The notes beneath the pieces were generated by a model, which was given only the letters and a program-made list of their open reading frames with translations, did no database searches and was not told where the DNA came from. A stretch of 24,135 bases of DNA from Anthoceros angustus (taxonomy: Eukaryota; Plantae; Anthocerotophyta): assembly GCA_010909165.1 (NCBI GenBank), contig VJWM01000388.1:1-24135 (forward strand), read 5' to 3'. Each line of letters starts with the position of its first letter. Position 1 is the stretch's first letter. This document shows positions 20,357-24,135 of the stretch, one piece after another. A program made the translations under genes and the position numbers.

Positions 20357-20550
20357 TCACGCCCGTGATTCTCCAAGAATTGTGAGCGTGGAGCCGACTT
20401 CAAAAGATATATCCGTCTCGTAAAATTACATAAATATATTAGCTGTGGACCGGACTCTCCCACAGGGTAGGAAATGAGTTAGGTTTTGTTTTTTTTTTTC
20501 GCGGAGTAGAAAATAAAGTGGAAGGAAGAAATAAGTCAGGAGTCGGTTGC

Positions 20551-20614
20551 ACTCGGAGTAGGTCGAAGGACTGGAGTAGGTCGAAGGACTCGGAGTAGGC
20601 AAAGGACTCGGAGC
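20551..20614. repeat. 18-19-bp tandem repeat, ~3.5 copies
   Basis: actcggagtaggtcgaagg / actggagtaggtcgaagg / actcggagtaggcaaagg / actcggagc. Confidence 0.9.
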
Positions 20615-20833
20615 ACACTCCCGAGGACTACTGACTACTTGGAGGCGGACCGCACCAGTCCGAGTGGTCGGACTACCGCCGGACCGGATGAGTACGAGTA
20701 AAGTAACTTAGGAGTCGGAGTGTGTTTAGACATACAGGGCCACGTGGGCGGTATTGAGAGGTGAGCGGGCATCGTGAGACCGGGGCCGTAGGGGCTGCCG
20801 ATGGCGTTATAAGCGGTATTCACGCTCCAGTCA

Positions 20834-20893
20834 GTGGCGTAAGGCTAAACTGTGGCGTAAGGCGAGTAAGCGGGCGTAAGGCGGGGAGTAAGC
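20834..20893. repeat. Degenerate GGCGTAAGGC / GAGTAAGC tandem repeat
   Basis: ggcgtaaggc occurs three times and gagtaagc twice within 60 bp. Confidence 0.8.
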
Positions 20894-21119
20894 CATGCGA
20901 CCTCACGGCGATTCTGGGCAGCGAGAGAGACGCCGCATGACTACTTAGGCGTCGCGGAGGAGAAGCCATTCTTTCTCACGACCTCGTGGCGGTTTTCAGT
21001 CTCGCGCTCCACACCAAGCTCTCTGGTGTTGTCTTTCAAGCGCCAGCACTCTCGCACCGGCTCACCTTCGTGGTTGGAGTGGCCAACGCGGCAGGCGGCG
21101 GAGAGTAGCACAATTTCCA

Positions 21120-23572
21120 AATGGCGAGGAAAGCCCAATGATGGGACCCAAGAAGGCGGCGGAGGTATGGGAGCCACAGGCGCTTGGTGGGCAACATCGT
21201 CCAAGCGATACCCCAACCGGGCTGGCGGAGGAAGCGGAGGAGCTCGTGGAGCAATGGCACTTGGACATCTTCAGCGTGGTCCGGATGTTTGATGTCCGGC
21301 GCTCGTCGAGAATGCCAAGAAGATCTTGGCGATTGCTAACAAGGAGGTTCGCTCAAGAGCTTGAGGAGGATCCGGAGGTGGACCGTGGAGGTCCCGAGGC
21401 GATTTACCGCCCGGTGGAAGAAATTGGGGCGAGTTCGGGCCCCAAGGTGAGGAAAGGTGGAAGCGGCGGGCGGCGAGGGGCGCAGCAGTCGTCCAAGCAG
21501 CTGGGCGATGTCGGACTGCTGGATAGGCGGGTGAGGCGTGGCTAAGGTCATTGTCCATTGGAACATGCTCACCAAGGTGGATCACCTTGGTGACAATCTT
21601 CTGTGTTTGCACGCCTCTGACGAGGAAGAGGAGACGGGGCGTATCATCTTCGCCGGATCAACCGGAGGCAGGCTGTGGAGTGAAAAGCCTCCTCCGTCAC
21701 TGCCACCCTTCCTCATCCATGTATGGGGACACCTCAACCTCTGAAGGAGGAGAAGAGAGCAGGCGCTCGGAAGGGGTGGCGGCCCTACTCAGGAGGCGAG
21801 GGGAAGGAGCGAAGGCGCAAGGCGGAGGTCCGACCTCCTAAGGCCAAAGCAGGAGGGAGGACAATTGGGAAGGATCCCGGATTCCATTCGATCGACGGAC
21901 CCCCTCGCCCAGGGGAGGTATGGGAGGATATTCCCTCCTCCCTTCGTTCCGAGCGAGGCCCCGATGGAGGAGCACCTACGGAGGGAGGCTGGCGCGGCGC
22001 CCACCGCCTAGCAACCCACCAGCCCTAGCAGGGGAGGCGAGTCGTCAAGAGGCGGAAAAGCGGCTCCTGGAGAAGCGCCAAGCGACAGTTCCTCCGCCTA
22101 CCACGGAGTAGCAGGAGGCGGAGGAAGCGATGAGAGCGGAGGCGAGACGCCAAGGTGCGAGGGCAGCAGAACCACATCCGAGCAGTCTGTCCCGGCAGAA
22201 GAGAAGCCGCTCCGGACCCCCTCGCCGAGCCCCAAGCAGGCGGCGGAGAGTTAGTGGCCAAAGCAGGCCAAGGAGGTGGAAGGATCGGACCAAGGCACTC
22301 GGGACTGAGGTCTGATCAGTCCGGAGAGCCAAGTCCGCTCGCTCGGATGCAGATGGCGGTCCGGGGACCGGAGATCAAACGCCGGACTTCTTGAGGGCCT
22401 CACTCGCAGCAGCCGTGGAGGAGACACGGCGAGTCTTGGCAACCATCATGGACGGTATGCTTTGGGGTCTCTGCGGGACGGCAGAGAAAACCCAGGAAGT
22501 GGAGGCCACTAGGAGGCGCATGGTGCTTCTCCAGGAGCAGGTGGAGGCGGCCCAAGCGGCCAGGAAGAAGGCGGAGTCCCTCGCCCGGATCGAAGAAGGG
22601 AAGCGTCGAGAAGCAGAGCGAGAGGTCCGGTCTGTTCAGCAAGACCGGACCAAGGTCCTTCACTCAGGCGTGGCAAAGTGCAGAGGCCCAAGCCCGCAAA
22701 GGACCTCACAGCGGCAAGAAGCGGCGCAAGGGAGTTGGAGGCTTCAAGGCAAGCAGCGCTGGACCGGGCCGAGGCGGCTCGACAGAGCACCAAGCCCAAG
22801 CTCAGTGAAGGGGGGAGCAGCCAAAGCAACGGGACCATTACCGGGCGGATCGGAACAGTGGAGGGAGACGGGCAGGGACGGCTAACTGAAGGAGCACGGG
22901 CGGGAGTGTGCACCACCGGTAGAAGAGAAGGAGGCCAACAAGGAGATGGAAAATCTCCGGCTCAATTGCGCGAGGAACGGGCGGGAGATGGAGGACCGCA
23001 GGATACCTTGAGCTATACCCAAGATACAATTAATGGGGCTCTTGGCGTGATCACGATCGCGGGAGATAGAGCGACAGCCTGCTGGAGGCGGAGGAGGTAG
23101 GCGATGGAGTAAGGAGCGGACGCGTTGCCGAAATGGAGAAGGACCTCGACGGCAAGAAATCGGGCAGTTGCCACTGGGAAGAGAGATGGCGGAGCGTGCT
23201 AGGATGAATGGGGAGGGGCCCCGGACGAAAAAGAAGCCGCGTGGGCTTGAGGAAGGCGGAGGGGAGCGCCGCGCCATGGCGGGAGCTCAAGTGAAACGAA
23301 GGGAGCCGAGCAAAGGCGGAGCAAGATGCGCCGCAGGAAGTGACAGAGGCCTCCCTCGTGGCCTCGCGAGATTCTGCCTGGCTCCAATTGACGAACCTGG
23401 CGATGGAGACGGGCCAAGAAGGCGACGCCTGAGCACCTATGGCGAAGGGAGTATCGGGTGCTCTGGGCGCATGTGGAACAGGCAATACAGCAAGTCGACT
23501 CGGACTTTGCCTACTACCACTGAGCCCTCAAGGCTGAGGTTTCGCCACCCACATAATTGGACTGACTCCTGA
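21120..23572 (+). pseudogene. Long frameshifted accessory ORF with a C-terminal coiled-coil region (retrotransposon extra-ORF type)
   Basis: A chain of + ORFs (21138-21545, 21538-21744, 21723-22028, 22391-22885, 22678-23100) that are E/R/A/K-rich, e.g. TRRRMVLLQEQVEAAQAARKKAESLARIEEGKRREAEREVR. No enzymatic motif was found. Confidence 0.5.
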
Positions 23573-23740
23573 GGGATCAAGGAGAGGGAAGAGAAGAAGG
23601 CCGGGACAGACCGGCCTTGGCCTTGTTCTGTGACGCAGAAGGAGAGGAGCGAGCGCCAACGTAACAAGACTTGAGGTAAGCCAAGAACCACCAAGGAGGA
23701 TAGAAACGAGGTGTCAGGAGGTTGCCAAGACCGCCCTAGA

Positions 23741-23900
23741 CATGGGACATGGCAGTCCCCAATAACCGGACAGGGATCGTCCACCATGGGACATGGTAGT
23801 CCCACACTGGATAGCGGATCCCCACCCATGGACGGCGGGGCCCCACACCCGGACAAATGGATCTGCCTGCATGGGACATGGCGGGCCCAGCCAAGATCGC
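23741..23900. repeat. ~43-bp degenerate tandem repeat, four units, with a hairpin-capable core
   Basis: Units start at 23741, 23785, 23827 and 23870 (catgggacatgg..gtccc). The core gggac-N6-gtccc is an inverted repeat in units 1 and 2. Confidence 0.85.
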
Positions 23901-24135
23901 GGATTGTCGCAACCAAAATTTAACAAGACACAAGAACTAAGGTAGCATGCAAAGAATGTGAACTAGATGCGGCACCTTGGGCCGTATGTTCTGTCGCAAC
24001 CCAAGCTTATGTCCTCCGTCATGATGTTGACCCCGGACAGGGATCAGTGACACTTTCTTGATTACACATCCGAAATTTGATTTGCAGACTCCGCGAGGCC
24101 TTGGTCAACCATGGCCACCATGTTCCTGATAAGGT

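Larger units (their letters stand above)
20357..23710. mobile_element. Gypsy-like LTR-element segment inserted into the copia RT (right boundary uncertain)
   Basis: Copia homology ends abruptly at 20356 and is followed by tcacgcccg, i.e. (TG)TCACGCCC, a typical Gypsy LTR terminus. The segment contains tandem arrays and a long accessory ORF. No matching second LTR lies in the window. Confidence 0.5.

Noticed and set aside
23741-23900. CRISPR array (palindromic repeats at regular spacing)
   Set aside because: The 'spacers' are homologous to each other (cac..ccggaca..ggatc), the repeats are degenerate, there are no cas genes, and the context is eukaryotic TE DNA.
21789-23916. Numerous minus-strand ORFs opposite the coiled-coil ORF
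   Set aside because: They are Pro/Ser/Leu-rich shadow frames, expected from GC-rich purine-biased coding on the + strand.

Overview
This is eukaryotic, almost certainly plant-lineage, heterochromatin-like DNA made of nested repeats. There is no ordinary host gene, RNA gene or CRISPR array. The species cannot be determined from the sequence. From left to right: (1) a GA-rich tract and a ~130-bp degenerate tandem array; (2) two ~880-bp direct repeats (421-1301, 7469-8348) enclosing a frameshifted, intron-containing DDD transposase of the Sola-like/DUF7869 type (+, ~3490-6582), plus an unassigned divergent ORF and a PHD-finger-like remnant; (3) a TGTTRCA motif array with hairpins and a possible solo LTR; (4) a ~2.26-kb tandem duplication (10523-12768, 12786-15063), each unit carrying a minus-strand beta-class N4-cytosine/N6-adenine DNA methyltransferase gene (N6_N4_Mtase family), which is the most unusual feature; (5) a decayed retrotransposon-type accessory ORF; (6) the RT-end/RNase H of a Ty1/copia element, truncated by a Gypsy-like insertion that carries a long coiled-coil ORF and short tandem arrays. 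Differences between the duplicated copies are mostly small indels at CAG/CTG/CCG/CG sites. That pattern suggests methylation-linked long-read base-calling error, so many of the frameshifts may be artefacts. All protein reconstructions across frameshifts were made by eye, and family assignments rest on recalled motifs, not database searches.
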